The notes under the pieces: model-generated
What the model was told of the DNA's origin: nothing
Database searches by the model: none
What the model saw: only the letters and a program-made list of their open reading frames with translations
Program-made: the position numbers and the translations under genes
Shown: positions 49,988 to 63,638 of the stretch, piece after piece
Numbering within the stretch: position 1 is the first letter of the stretch
How the letters are laid out: the number at the start of each line of letters is the position of its first letter
DNA from: Lama guanicoe
Lineage: Eukaryota
DNA: 64,000 nucleotides
Direction of reading: 5' to 3'
Assembly: GCA_013239625.1 (NCBI GenBank)
Contig: MU054187.1
Span: 6,397,757 to 6,461,756, forward strand

Positions 49988-52900
49988 GGGCTGCCCAGAA
50001 AAATGAGAGCAGTATGGGGCTTGTCTTTGTATCTGCAGGAGGCTGAGTGTCCATGTAATTCAGGGATACTACTAAAAATCAAAGTTCCCATTTTCAAGCA
50101 GATATTTAGCATCTTATACATTTTGTATTAAAATCTGTGCTGTGCTCTTGGTTGCATTTAAAAATTCAAACCAACAGAAGCAAAACAGAATAAAATAAAA
50201 TACTAAGTCTTAAATACTTCCCCCAACACACACATGCACACAACCTTCTATCATTTTTTAAAGTTCTCTTTGCTTTAGATCACCCATGCTCACTCTCTCA
50301 GCCTATAGCTGGCTATAATTCTATGGGAAAAATTATCTTCAGCCTTGAAAGACAGAGAGCTCCTATATTTTTCATATACTGCCTAAACAGCTGTGATTAA
50401 AAAGCCAAACTTTCCATATTAGTTTAGTTTTCCCTCTTCTTGTGACTGATCTAAGCATTCTTCTTAATTGCAAATATATTAAATGATAATCATGACTGAG
50501 GTACACAGCTAATTTGGGTTTATTGCCTTTTTACATGTATAACAAATATGAGCTTTCCAAGTTAGTATAATTATGTTTCAAGACCCATAAAATATGCTTC
50601 ATTTTATTGTAACTATATTGTCATTTTGAGTTGATTTATTTAAGAAAATTCTGCTCACTGCTGTTAGGAATCTATCTCAGGATCGGGCATGAAAAGGGCC
50701 ATTAATTAACTCTTTACTGATGGACTGATCATGGAAAGAGCCTGCCAGTGGGCCCTGGTGGTTACTCAGCACACACACACACACAAAGTCCTGATGCCAG
50801 CTGTTTGGTGAAAGGAGAGTCATTTTGAACTTGTTAGAATTAGAAATGGCTAATTATTCTGGACAAAAATTCTTAAAAACAACTTTTAGTTTATTTTAAA
50901 TGTTTCACATGTCAGACAATCAACAGCAATTTACTGAGTATCTTTATTGTGCCCGGTGTTACACTGGGAGTCAACGGGGGATTAAAAAACGGTTTCAGAG
51001 CCATTCTTCCAATGCTATTTTAAAGACTCTATTCTATTTTGTTGCCGTTTGCTTGGATTGGATTACACACTCTTCGACTTTACTCTCCCTGCCCTGCTGC
51101 TCCCTGCACTCCTTTGTTCCCACTGAAATTAGCTCTATTTCCTTGCGTTTAAATCTTCTGGACAGTTATTTATAATGACATTTCTCTACTCCAATGAATC
51201 ACTTAACCAAGGACACACTTAATTCCTTGAAACTTCCTATTGTCTCTTTCTTCTCCTCCATCTTAACCAAATCCTGATCAGTGAGCTCATTACTATTGGG
51301 ACCTGGGTGTCTTTTAACATGTAGCGAATCTGAAGTGTTTTCATCGAAGCAGGGAAATGGCTACCTCCCTCTTTCATCACATGGCTATTGATTTTCAGGG
51401 CCCAGGAATTTATCTCCATTTTGCAGCTACATCAAGGCAAAGGAGGACACCAACACTGATTATTTTTAAGTTTGGGTGGCTTAAAACGAACTTAAAACAC
51501 ATCCTTTTTTCTCCAGATGAAGCGGCTTAAAATTTGGTACTACTTTCTTAAACTGATTAACCCGTGTAGTCGCTCGTATGGTCATAATTCATATTACAGA
51601 CTCTGTTCATTCCTCCAAGAACAAATAAGGCTGTCAGACAGTTCTAAGATCGCAATCCTTGAGTAATACATAAAGAGTGCAACTGAGTAAGTTAATTCAT
51701 GGAAGGGTTCTCCAGTGGTGCAAAGAATTAATGAAGTTTCCAAAGGTGCCCAATTTGCAATCCAGGGATAGCTCAGATGCTGGGAGGTGTTGACTTTAAG
51801 CAAAAGGAGGACTATAGAATTATGAGAACTGAAGAGGGAGAGAATTATTACCTTACCCAAGGGTTGCAAACAGGAGACCTCCAGGCTTTATCTGGCCTAC
51901 AGATTGCTTCTGTTTCTTTAACTGTGGGTTTGAACACCTTTAGGAAAGGCAGTCGGATCTGTCCCCGACGCTGCCCCCATTATCACAGCCTGACCTCTGA
52001 GCCCATTCACGCCTTTGTAATACCTGCCTGGCACCTCAGTGCATTTCAGTTTGTGACCCAGTTTTCACAGTAAGGAAATGAAGACACTGTGAGGTGAGTG
52101 ATCTGTTCAAGGCAGCTGATGAGTGATGTGTTTTGCACTCAGGCTACTTCACAAATGTCCTCACTTTCCATCTACAGTCCTCTGGGCATCATGGGTGGTT
52201 GTATTGGCGTGAGAGATTAAAGTCAGAACCAATGAAAAGTCTAGGTCTTAACATCACATTTTATACTTTTATGAAATCACAGAAGTATTTTAGAAGAAGG
52301 CATTATGAAAAGGAGGCTTAGCTTAGGAGGTTGAGTAATTTAACCAAGCTGAAGGAGGAAGCTAGATTTAGAGTCTTATATTCAACACCTCCTGCCCCGC
52401 ACCCCACATGCTGGGTTTATTGCTGATTTGGCAAAATGAAGGGAATGGCCTGTAGAAGGTGATTAAATTATGGCATTTCTTTCTATAATCATGAAGTCAA
52501 AATTTCCCAATAAATTCATAAAGGTGCTTGCCTTAAAAATGCCACTGATCCCTCAAAAGAACGACTCACTGAATTAAAACAAATAAATAAAATCTTATCG
52601 TATCTTCAGAAATTATTTTTTTCTTAGCCATCATGTTACTTATGCGAGATTTCCTTATGTCCATACGACTTCACTTCAAAAGGATCATTGGGGTTGGCGT
52701 AAGGGGCAGCAATGTTTCTTAATTTAAGTTGCCATCAGTGTGGTCAAGAGCCACAGCTGCATCACAGAAACATAAAAGGGAACAGAGAAAGGTTTAGTTT
52801 GGGGGATTCTGGATTCCTTGTACTTTCTGACTCAAGACTTAAACATTTGTTAAGAGCACAAAGCTTTTCGTAGTTTTCTAAGATACTTGGAAGAAGCCAT

Positions 52901-53329
52901 GAACAATCAGGGCAGGTGCCCACAAAATGAAGGGCAAAGTCCAGACTGTAATTAAAAATACATCATCCCACCATTCTGAGTCCGACCAGTGCCATCAATT
53001 TGCATTCATGTGTGTTCACACTCTCTTTCCAATCTCTTCCTTTTCTATTTCTCAGTCACTATGTGATCAACAGATTTGGAATACCTTTCTCTTCCCTTTA
53101 TTCACTCATTTTTTTCTCTTCTACAGGGTGAAGAAGCTAAGCTGTCCCAGCAGGGGGGCTACATGAGTTAGAAAGATTGCTTGAAAAACCCTTGCATTTA
53201 TGCACCAGTAAAGTTGTCTTTCTGGCAATATTCTCTTTTGTTTTCAGATTTTAATTAAACTAGACTCTTAGTTTCTAAGCCACCCCTGTGCTCCATAGGG
53301 CTTTTTCATACCTTCATCCAGCTCTTACC

Positions 53330-53486
53330 AGATTGCCCTATAATTGTTTGCTCACATACTCAGCTCTCTCATTTGACTTTAAGCACCTCAAGGACAAGGG
53401 ATTATGTCTTAATCAGTTTTGTCTTCTTGGCACCTAACATAATATACGGGATAATTATTGAAAGAAAAAAGAATGAATGAATGAAA
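53330..53486 (+). mobile_element. L2 3' end
   Basis: AAGCACCTCAAGGACAAGGGATTATGTC...GAATGAATGAATGAA matches the L2 terminus. Confidence 0.65.
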
Positions 53487-55389
53487 CCACATAAGAAAAC
53501 AGCCGTCTGTGAAGGGAACGGCTGATAGGCTTTGGGAGGGATGTGTAAGTAACGGAGGAGATTGGTGATGCTACCATTACATTTAGAATTTGTGATGCAG
53601 GCCGTACAGGTTACATTCAGGATGAAAAAAAAACTTGGGGCTTAGTAAACCTGAATTGTGTTTCCTAACCCCAACCTCCTTCCTTCTTACAGCACAGCTC
53701 TGCCCACAAGAGTTCTCCTTCAAAGCCAGGTCCTCTTCTGCATCTGACCTCCGGCTTCCCATGGGGCAGGGAGGAAAGGCCACTTCTGGCCCGGATGTGC
53801 CTTGGCTTCCTCATTCATCCCAACCCTTCATGCAGAAACTCTGCTCCTCTCTCCCTTTGGCTTTACTTCTCTCCTGCTCCGAAGGACCACTTCTCTTTTT
53901 CCCTTGTGGTCTTCCCAAGAAATGACTTGCAAGTTGCAAATTTAGAAACAGAACTCTTGTGGTTGCTGAAAAGATCCACAGAAATACTTGCACATGTATT
54001 CTAATTCTACAGAAAGAGGAGCTCACAGTGGCGGGATTCCATTTAGAACCTATTTGCAGTACTTATTTCCCAAACCATAACTCTCCTCTGATCCTTCTGA
54101 TCCCCTATTAAGACATCCACTGCAAGCCCTGGGGAACTGGAAGGATGCAAATGTTAACTACATCACATGGATATAAATGTGGAATGTCAGTCTAATAAGA
54201 TATATATGTAAGTTGGGGGCTTCACTGGTGGGTTATTTATGAATATGTGTATATAATATATATGTTAAATACAGCGAGTTTAGAACCCAGAAGGTATTTA
54301 ACCCAGTTTCAGAGTTTCGATAAAATGTTTGGCACAATTACTGTGAATTTCAGAAATAAAATGAATAACTTTGAAATTGGTTAATTTTTATTCGGAGAAA
54401 TGAGACCTCATCTAGCATGGTAGTATTTGACACGAAGGCATCAAAATTTATATGAATGGAAGACAAAAGTGAATTTTAAATATCTTATTTTAAGTAGGAT
54501 AAGAAGTCAGCATACTTAAATATTTTCTGTACACATTATTGATCATATTATTCAAAGCACGGGGGCAAAGGATTAATTTTTAAATTAAATGGATAGTTTA
54601 AATATGCTAAATAAATAACGAACCTAATTAAATACACACTTGCCGAAGTTTATCCCTTGTATTAGACAGAAAATCTCGTTTGGAATTCAAAATGATGTTC
54701 AATTTCTGCTGGACCCAATTTTTAAAAAAAAATCACACTGTTGACATTTGGTATTGAAGAGTTATTTTATCATGAGTTTTATATTAAAATGTTGTTTTAT
54801 ATTGAAATAGAAAAGAAAAATAAATGAACATAGTAAGATCATTAACTGTCTACATTAACATATACCACATTTTTAAAGTAAAGATGCTTTAAAAAGCCTT
54901 TTTAAAAGACACTAGGGGTGGATATCCCTGGGCCTTCATTAGTGAAAACAAAGGCCCTTATTTGCAAATATGACAGCTCAAAAATATTAGAAATTTTGGA
55001 GTGATTTTTATCACATGCTTTAAAATACTTCAGCCCTCACAAGCAGTTATCTCCACCCAATGTGCACACGCACTGTTCAGTCCCCTTCAAAAGGCATTAA
55101 AGCTCACTTGAGACGTGTGTGCTTTTCAGTCTTGGAGGCCATGAGAACGACTCCTCAAACTGAACCCAGCGACTTGGATCTGTCCATTTATTCGGCACAG
55201 TTTCCTTCTCCTGAGCAGAATCAACAGCATCATTACAAAAATTTCCAGAAAACACTAAAGAAATGTTCTTCCTTCAGTCCTGAAATGAAGTGTGCTGAAA
55301 TGCAACATTAATCGCTGGGCTGTGTAAGAATGCACAGAATGAGCACAGGGCAGCTCATGACCCAAAGGGTAAGGGAAAGAGTTTGGAGG

Positions 55390-55697
55390 TGTTACCAACC
55401 GAAATGTGTCCCCCTGAATTCATATGTCGAAGCTCTAACCTCCAATGACTGTACTGAAGGTAGAGCCTTCATGGAGATAATTAAGGTTAAATGAGGTCAT
55501 AAGGGTTGGGCCCTAATCCAGTAGGATTGGTGTCCTTATAAGAAGAGAAGGAAACACCAGGAGTGTGCATGGGAACAGTGAGAAGGCAGTCGTCTGCAGC
55601 CAAGGAGAGAGGCCTCAGCAGAAACCAACTCCGGGGACCTCTTGATTTCAGACTTGCAGCCTCCAGAACTGTCGGAAAATGAATTTCTGTTGCTGCA
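55390..55697 (+). mobile_element. MaLR LTR MLT1A-like (3' truncated)
   Basis: ATTCATATGTCGAAGCTCTAACC...GGCCCTAATCCAGTAGGATTGGTGTCCTTATAAGAAGAG...CAGCCTCCAGAACTGT matches MLT1A. Confidence 0.88.
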
Positions 55698-56384
55698 TCC
55701 TGTCTCTCCAAAGCATCTGTTGAACCCCTGTAATCCCAACCTGCTCTCCTGACTCCAGACATTTATGATATTTCACCCATAAAAATATACTGATCCTACA
55801 TCTCAAACCCTAGGAAACTTGCCAAGTGACTGGTTTGCCCATTTTTCAGTCACTAAAGCCTGCAAAGATGTTCGTGAACATGTAGCAACAATTAACTAAC
55901 AAGCCATGAAGTTCTGAACACCTTTCATGTTCCCCTTTGAGAAAAGAATCTGTGGGTGTTCCACGACGGTGATGTCACCCCACTGTCACCCTGGCCACAA
56001 TCAATTAGAGCAGGGCTGGTCCTGAGCAAAAGCCAGCTAGCAATGGGAACAGCCTACCATGCTGCCTATGAAAGGATTCTTACCAGAGAGGACACTTCTC
56101 ACTTGATAACGACTAAATGAGCCAATCAGATTGCGGTTCTATGAAAGTTTGAATGCAACACACAGAGAGACTTTCAGTAAGTAGAGTGGGGCAGGAGACA
56201 GAGAGTGGTGACAACAGGCATAAAGCATAAGGAGCAGAAGTCATGAAGTAGAAAGATGAGAGAAAGGAGCTGCTGGTAGAAGCAGAGAGTGGAGAGAGAA
56301 GCCAAGATAGAAGCTATTTAAGAGACCACAAGAGCAACACTGAGATAGGACACTGAGTTCTCCAGTTCCTGTGGGATTCATACA

Positions 56385-56625
56385 GTACAGAAGAATAGTA
56401 GTTAAGAGCACTGAGCTTGGCAACAGACATGGGTTACACTCCCAGCTGCCCAAATAATTCAGCTATGTACTTAAACGCTCTATGACTCAGTTTACCTGGT
56501 ACAATGGGGGCAATGGAGTATTCTTCCTTCAGGATTGTTATCAGGATTCAATGACATATTGCTTGTAAGCTCCTTACCACACAGTTCATATACAGCAAAA
56601 GCTTACTGCATTTTAGCTATTACTA
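56385..56625 (+). mobile_element. MIR SINE
   Basis: GTAGTTAAGAGCACTGAGC...ACTCAGTTTACC...GATTGTTATCAGGATTCAATGA matches MIR. Confidence 0.7.
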
Positions 56626-57789
56626 GTATTATAAACTGTGTATAGTTATACATCCTCCCACCTGATCTGCTCCTTGCAATTTGAAAGACATTAACACATA
56701 GTTATTATGACTTAATGAATAATCTCTCACTAAAAGACACTTACATTTTGCAGAGGTTTGCTGGCAACTAAGGTGTACAGTTTCTTATACTCAACTGCTT
56801 TTGCCCTAACAAAGAGGAAGTATATGTAGAAAAGGTTGGGATTCCCCAAAGCAATACGGCTAAAAGGTAAACCCTAGTGTGGGTAATGCCGGTTAAACTC
56901 ACTAGTATTTACTTTCTCTTTCCAAGGCCAGGTACTGACTAAGGGGGCCAATTTCCAGGGAAGCAGACTGTCCTCATAGGACCAGGTTTCACAGAGAGAC
57001 TATGGTCTGAGTAGTAGGGTTTCCTCAAACTGCTATCAGTAGAATTAAATACTTTAATTAACCACTTAGGAGTAAAGATGGAAATTAGAATTCAGTTCAA
57101 ATTAGCTTGATGGGCTGGTCCATGTGGCTCAGACAGCTGAGAGAAGAGTTGTAGGAACCAAAACCTTGGAACAGGAAATGGGACCCACAGGACTTTCTTT
57201 CTATAGGTTTTCAAACTCTCATGGGCTTCACTCCCCACTACGTTCTTTACCCACTGTGGCACTCTGCAGCAATGATTAACCAAGGTGTCAGGTGCCTTCC
57301 CCTGACATGGTCCGACAGGAATATCAGATAGTGGAGCAAGAGGAGTTCCTCCAAAGGAGTATTGTCCAGATAGAAAACATGTGTTTACTACAATAATTTG
57401 CCTGCGATCCCACTGCTGGTCAGAAGCAGAGACTTGAATCATAGCCTTCTGTCTCCAAATCTCATGTTCTTTCTTCAATCATACTGATATTGATTACCGA
57501 GTTCTTTTGTTTTCAAGTCATAGAAGTAATCTGATAGCAGTGGTTAGGGTTCCTTGTTTGAAACACAGTAGACATTCACTACAAGTAAAATTACTTTACT
57601 CTTTCTGCCAAGAATTTCCAACCTCGAGCACCTCCTGCTGCTCGATCCTGCAGAATGATTCCCAGGGATGAGTGTCAGCACACAACGATGCATTGTTAGT
57701 TCTTTGTTTTTAGTCTCTCAAGCATGGAATTGAGCTTAAGTTTGCATTTTCCTATTAAGTTCTACTGCACATCAGCTGTTCTCTCCACT

Positions 57790-60470
57790 GAAGCCAGCTC
57801 CATGCACTCACACAGAACCAGATAACTTACTTTGGTCAATGAACTATGAGTAGAAAGGACACATGTCACTTCTAGGTTGCAGAAGGAAGAGTAAATGTGA
57901 GTTCTCATGTATTTATTCCTCTTGTCACGATGGCTTTCCAAATGATGGACTTTGAGTCCTGAGTCTGACTTTGTAAAGCAGAGCCCTTCTATTGCCTCTA
58001 CACCCCATCTTCCTGCCAACTAGTACTGAACCTCCAGCATGAGAAATAAAATTTTGTTGTATTAAGACTCTGAGATCTTCAGGTTTATTTATTATTAAAG
58101 CATAGCCTGTCAAATCCTGGAAGTAAATCTCTGTATTAAAAAAAAATGGTGTAGTGCTGATTTAATGGTTGGCAATATGCGGTTAGGAGGCTGATTTCAA
58201 AGGTAAGAAAGATAACCCGTGTTATCCCGTGGTAAAACATTTGGCAAAACTGTCACCTGCAATAGCTTAGGAGTAAGGCTGTATTCTTAAAGAATTCAAA
58301 TTTCTAGGGGAAAGTAGGTGAAAAACAAAGTGTTAGGAGCAGTATGTCTTGGTTATCATTTGCTGCATTTTGCAAGATAGTGAAGAGAGAGAGAAAGGGG
58401 TGACTGATTTTATAAGTAGAGATAAAAGTTAATAGAGACTTCTGGAAATCCAAGACTTTACCATGCTGGAAGAGTCAATTTTTGCTCCCAAAGGAAGAGA
58501 GACAATTAAGAAAGCATTTGAGGAGAAGTCCACTAAAACCAAATACTGTTGACAAGAATCAGATTAAGGACGTGGTTTTCATGATTACTTAGAATCTTTC
58601 AATGGTTTAGACTTTTTCAAGAAAGAGTTCAGATAAAGGCTCTGGCTTTACCACTTACTACTCCAGAGAGGCTCAAATATATTGAGAGGTAAAAAATTTA
58701 CTGAGGACATAAGAAAGCAAATAAATATAGCAGATCTTAAGTTTATATCTTCAAAAAACAATAGTGTGAATATTATAACATTAAACTGATTAAGTCAGAC
58801 AGACGAAGCACCTCTAAAGTATTCAGAGAATTATTCAAAAAAAAAACCCATTAACTTGGAATAAAAAACCCATGAGCCTTAGAAAACTGAACTTGTGCGC
58901 CCCCTAATCGCCTATGGAAGGTAGTGGGCTGAAAAACTATGCCTCCCCTAAGGATGTTGAGCTATGCATATTTAAAATACTGTAGAGGATGCCTCATCCT
59001 GTTTGTAACTACTTGCTTACACCTGCCTTACATGGAAAATTGGCTAGACATGAACTTAATTTGATCTTTAGCTTTTCTTTGTCACTCCAAAGGAAATGAG
59101 CTACTTTGATGAGCATATGGTCACGTTGCCTAGGACAGATTAGATACGTGGCCATCTAGGAATACTCCAGCTTAATGATGTAGCTCTGAATGTTGCAACT
59201 TTGAATCAATGGAACGTGAGGTATATCGATACCATCCAGGTTCCAGCTGGAAGAAACACCTAACCTGCCACAGCAGTGATGGAGCAACTTGTGACACTGG
59301 CTTTCTGAATCTCTCCAAGATCCCCTGAAGTAAAAACAAGCAGAAGATATTTGGTAGTGGTCAAGATGGAGAAAGACTGACCAATTCAGAGATACAGTTT
59401 GTGTACCTCTTTATCACCTTTTTAGCTTGCTTACATGTTTAGACTTTTGAGGAAATAAATGCTGACATTTATAAATGTTTAACTACGTGGTTGTGTGGTT
59501 TCTTGAGCGCATACTGCTATTCAAAGAACTCGATGTTTGCTGTGATACAAGTAGAACAGAAATCAAAACTAAAATTGGAAACTCAATTTCAGCAAAGGGC
59601 ATATCCTGTAATTCCCATTTTGTATAATGGAAAAAATGCGAACTTTTCAGACTTTGGTGCCAGAGGTCAAAGAGAACAAAGGAATAAGAAACTGTTCCCA
59701 GAGACCAGAGTAAGGCTCTAAAAAAAAAAAAATACCCTCTAACTCCAAGGGTGTGAGGTCTTGGTCACATCTGTGCAGTGTGATTTCAGAATTACTGGGC
59801 TCAATGAATGCCAGGAATCTTCTTATCCTTCACCTTCTAAATGGGAGTGTTTATTGTGGTTATCCTGTCCTTATTTTATATATTGGGTATGTTGGAAGAA
59901 GGGGTTGCAAATCATTTCCCTTTTTTGTTTATACATCTTTAGAACAAGATGATCACATCTGGATATATAGTAGAGATAAGACAACTGCATGAAACCTGGA
60001 GATCTGGAACTTGGAACTGGATCCCGTGATCACAGGAATCTTTGGAGATGGGTCGAGTATGTTCTATGTGTGTTAAGAAGGGAGCTAGGATATTTTTGGT
60101 AACCACAGGATAGACTGTTGCAAAAACACTGATTGCTCACCAAAGATCCCTGTTGCACACATTCCCCAGCTTCCTTTTATAAAGGCAGGGCCATGTGACT
60201 TGTTCTGGCCAATGGGCTGAGAGCAGAAAAGACACGTGTTACTTCCAAGCTAAAGCATAAGAGCAGGTCTAAGTTCTCCATGTGTTGTTCTTCCCTGCTG
60301 TGCCAATTCCTCACCTGCCCCCTAGGTGACTAGGTGAACAGAGCCCCTCTTCCCACCCCTCTAAACCCCCAAACAAGTGTAAACAAGGAAGAAGACATTG
60401 TTGTGGGAAGCCCCTGGGGCTGCAGAGTTAATTTGTTCTTTCAGCATTACCTAGCCTATCTTGACTAACA
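57790..60470 (+). mobile_element. Ancient MaLR provirus: MLT1(I/J-like) LTR - internal region - LTR
   Basis: Two same-orientation MLT1 LTRs (about 57790-58125 and 60116-60470) share motifs (GGTCAATGAACTATGAGTAGAAAGGACACATGTCACTTCTAGG / GGCCAATGGGCTGAGAGCAGAAAAGACACGTGTTACTTCCAAG). MLT-int-like sequence lies between them, with a PPT-like GGTAACCACAGGATAGAC before the 3' LTR. Confidence 0.7.
58955..59594. mobile_element. Unidentified solo LTR nested in the MaLR internal region
   Basis: TGTTGA...TCAGCA termini, 5-bp TSD AAGGA/AAGGG, and AATAAA near 59454. Confidence 0.6.
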
Positions 60471-62269
60471 TGAACTCTTAAACTTCAAAATTGGCCTGCA
60501 TATTAGATAGTAAAAATCACTGATAATCTCTTATGATAATGTATTGAGATGTACATTACAAAACATACATAAGGAAAATAAATTATCCTTATGGTTAAAT
60601 CAAATATTTTTTACCTTTGCAATTTGACCTTAGTCTTAACATTTCATCAATCCTTAGACACCTATTTGACTAGAAATGTGCTATTCAACCATCGTAATAT
60701 CATCCTAACAACACCTCTCTCATAAATATCAAGATTTCTCTGGGTATTATCCCATCTGCCTGGACTCTCAGATTGCAGTGCACCCTCACATGAATACAGC
60801 CTTGTCTTTCACTAGCCAGCCCACAGAAAGCACCCTCCCCTCAACCAAACTTAAAGCATAGCAAATCCAACATTAACAAGGCCCTTGAAGGCAGTTATGG
60901 AAATGAGTGACTGACTTAGGAATCTCAGGCACAATGTCAGGGACCATGAAAGATGCTTGTGAGCAGATGAGCAGACACAGTTGAACCCTTGGCATTGACT
61001 CCTTACGCACAAAGGGGACATGGAGGAATCCTGCAAACAAATATGTAAGCAGCCGAGAAATATGAAAAGCTGAAATGGAGGGTGAGTAGAGGGTGCAAAG
61101 TATCATGACAGTGTCAATCAGAGTGAGTAAAGAAAAGAAATCCACCACAGATGCCTCTGGTTAGCAGTTAGCAAGCAAAAGCTTTGAGCAAAGATAATCT
61201 GGTTCCTGGGAAACATAAAAACAGATCCAACAGATCCAGTGAAGAGATACCTACTCAGTAAAGGGCAGTTGTTCTTACACAGAAACTTCAAACGGTACAA
61301 AATGATATTGTCATAAAAAATACAAGGAAACAAGGATAATATCCTTGAATATAAGTGAAGTGGTACACTTTCATTGGCACTTTGGGAAGAAGTCAATCTT
61401 GTAACATAGTGAATATATCTGTTCTAATCATCAGTAAAAGTGAGTTATTTTTTAAAAACTATTTTTTTTCACTCTAACCAGTGCAATTAAATTTTAAACC
61501 TGTTTTTAAAACCTTCAGAGTTTAAGACCATATTCTGGCAGCCAGTAGCTTTTGTGGTTACTGTCTCCATCTCTGGGTCCCATCGTAAAATCAGCCTCAT
61601 GTAAAGTGGGGTAAATTTCTTCTATAAAAATTTCTTAGGAAGAAGAGTACACACACACACACACACATTTATTCACATATATAATTTTTTTCTGCCTCAT
61701 AGCCTAAAAAATACAAATAAAACTTGGCTTGGTTATCACTGATGTCATTCAAAAGTCATAATTGATAACGAAAAAAAAAAAAACTGAAAGGGAACACCAG
61801 CTGAACAAAGGTAGCCAAATTCATTTGAAACTTTGAAAAAGGTTTTTTATATCACAGACTAATGAGACACTTAGGTCTTGGTCTTGGTTTATATTTCCAT
61901 TATTGGTTATAAAAAGGAGGAAAGGAGGAAGAGAAGCAGAAAAATTAACATTAACATCTCAGAAGAAAGGAAAGTCGGCAGAGTTTTTAAAGGGATCAGG
62001 ATCAAGAAGAAATGAACAGTATTAGACTGTAGATTAATTACAGGAAAACTTTTTTCTTCTAAAAAGTTCCCATTTGGTGCTACTTTGCAAGTCATATACA
62101 TAATTAGCTATATCTTTGAAGATGTCCTTTTAATTGAGCTGATATGTGATCAAAACTCAGCAGCAACCTCAGATCATTTTGATGTGCTATAATTTTTTGG
62201 ATAACTTTCTATATGAAATTCACAGTTTTATACAATGTTTCAAAGTGTATCTGTATGTTGGGGATTATA

Positions 62270-62480
62270 TCATTCATTCACTCATTCATTCATTCATTTG
62301 TACATTCATTTTTCTATTCAACAAATACTTATTGAACTCCTGTGACATTCAGGCATACTTCTAGGTGCTTGGGAAGCAAGCGCGAACAAAACATTTTCTA
62401 CCATGTGGTGCTTATATTCTATTGGAGAGAGAGAGAGACATACACAGATAAGTAAATAACAATGTAACGCTATGTCAGAG
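62270..62480 (-). mobile_element. L2 3' end
   Basis: (CATT)n followed by CAACAAATACTTATTGAACTCC...TTCTAGGTGCTTGG is the antisense L2 terminus. Confidence 0.75.
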
Positions 62481-62519
62481 TTGGAAGAATTCTGATAGTT
62501 TTAAAGTCCTCTGTAAAAT

Positions 62520-63590
62520 GTACGATAAAAAGATTGCATTAAAATATTTAGTTTTTTAGTAAATATGAAAACAGTAGATAAATATAAGGAAGAAAATCAA
62601 GTCTTCCAACTTGGTAAAAACAAATTTGCCTATAATCTCATCATCCTATCCTATGATCTTACCAACCTGATAATGGGGGGGTACTGTATTTGGTATCTTG
62701 CTTTTCTTTACTTACCATTTTGTGAGCATGTTTCTTTGTCTACAGTAGTTTTCAAAAATGTGTTTTTGATGGCTGCAAATACTGTAGGCTATATACAAAA
62801 AAAGTGATGCTTTTTATTATTTTGACAATTTCTATGATCATGAATTAAATTTATATACATAAATCTTTATCTGCACATATATTTATATCCCAAGCATAAG
62901 GTGCATAAAGTAGAATTATTGGGTCTAAATATATATATATATTATGATACAATGTATGTTGTGAAATAGATTTATAGAAAGGTTATACTTTCTCACCATT
63001 ATCTCAACAATATAAGACATTAAGTGGGTTTCAATCCTCAGCCAAAATTACACTATTTTAAATTACATAACTCTGTTTATATGTGAGATTGATTTTTAAA
63101 TGTATGTTTCTAATGCATTCACCTTTCTTTAGTGAATTCTTTGTCACGTGCTTGTCCTCCTTTTTTTCTCGGAGGCTGACAGTGTTTTTCTTTTGACATA
63201 TGAGATATTTTATGCATGAAACGTACATTTGCTGTGGCGTTTTTCTAAGTGGTCATTTATATTTGTGTTTTTATGATATTTTTACATTCAAAAGTATTTT
63301 TATGCATTAACACTTATTGGCCTTTTTTAAAAATGATTGCTTCTATTCCTCTGGAGCTTAGAAAATCTTCCCTATCCTGAAATCAGTAAAATATTTCTTA
63401 TGTTCTTCTAGTTTTTATTTTATTTTTTTTACTTCTTTAGTTAGCTTTTTAATCTATGTGGAATTTATTTTGGTACGATAGGGCTTAAATTTGAATCTTT
63501 TCCAAATCATTCACTTTCTTACCAACATTTGTTAATAAAATAATCCATCCTTTTCCCCATAGGCTTAGAATACTTTCTCATTTGTTAAAT
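62520..63590 (-). mobile_element. Ancient L1ME-like fragments
   Basis: A long AT-rich tract with antisense L1 motifs (GTAGAATTATTGGGTC, TTTTAATCTATGTGGAATTTATTTTGGT, TAATCCATCCTTTTCCCC). Confidence 0.65.
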
Positions 63591-63591
63591 T

Positions 63592-63605
63592 CACACACAC
63601 ACACA

Positions 63606-63636
<31 letters not shown>
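63592..63636. repeat. Interrupted (CA)n microsatellite
   Basis: Directly visible, with one GA interruption. Confidence 0.95.

Positions 63637-63638
<2 letters not shown>

Noticed and set aside
53080..53210. Strong plus-strand splice acceptor at 53125-53126
   Set aside because: All frames close quickly and only a weak donor follows, so it is insufficient to call an exon.
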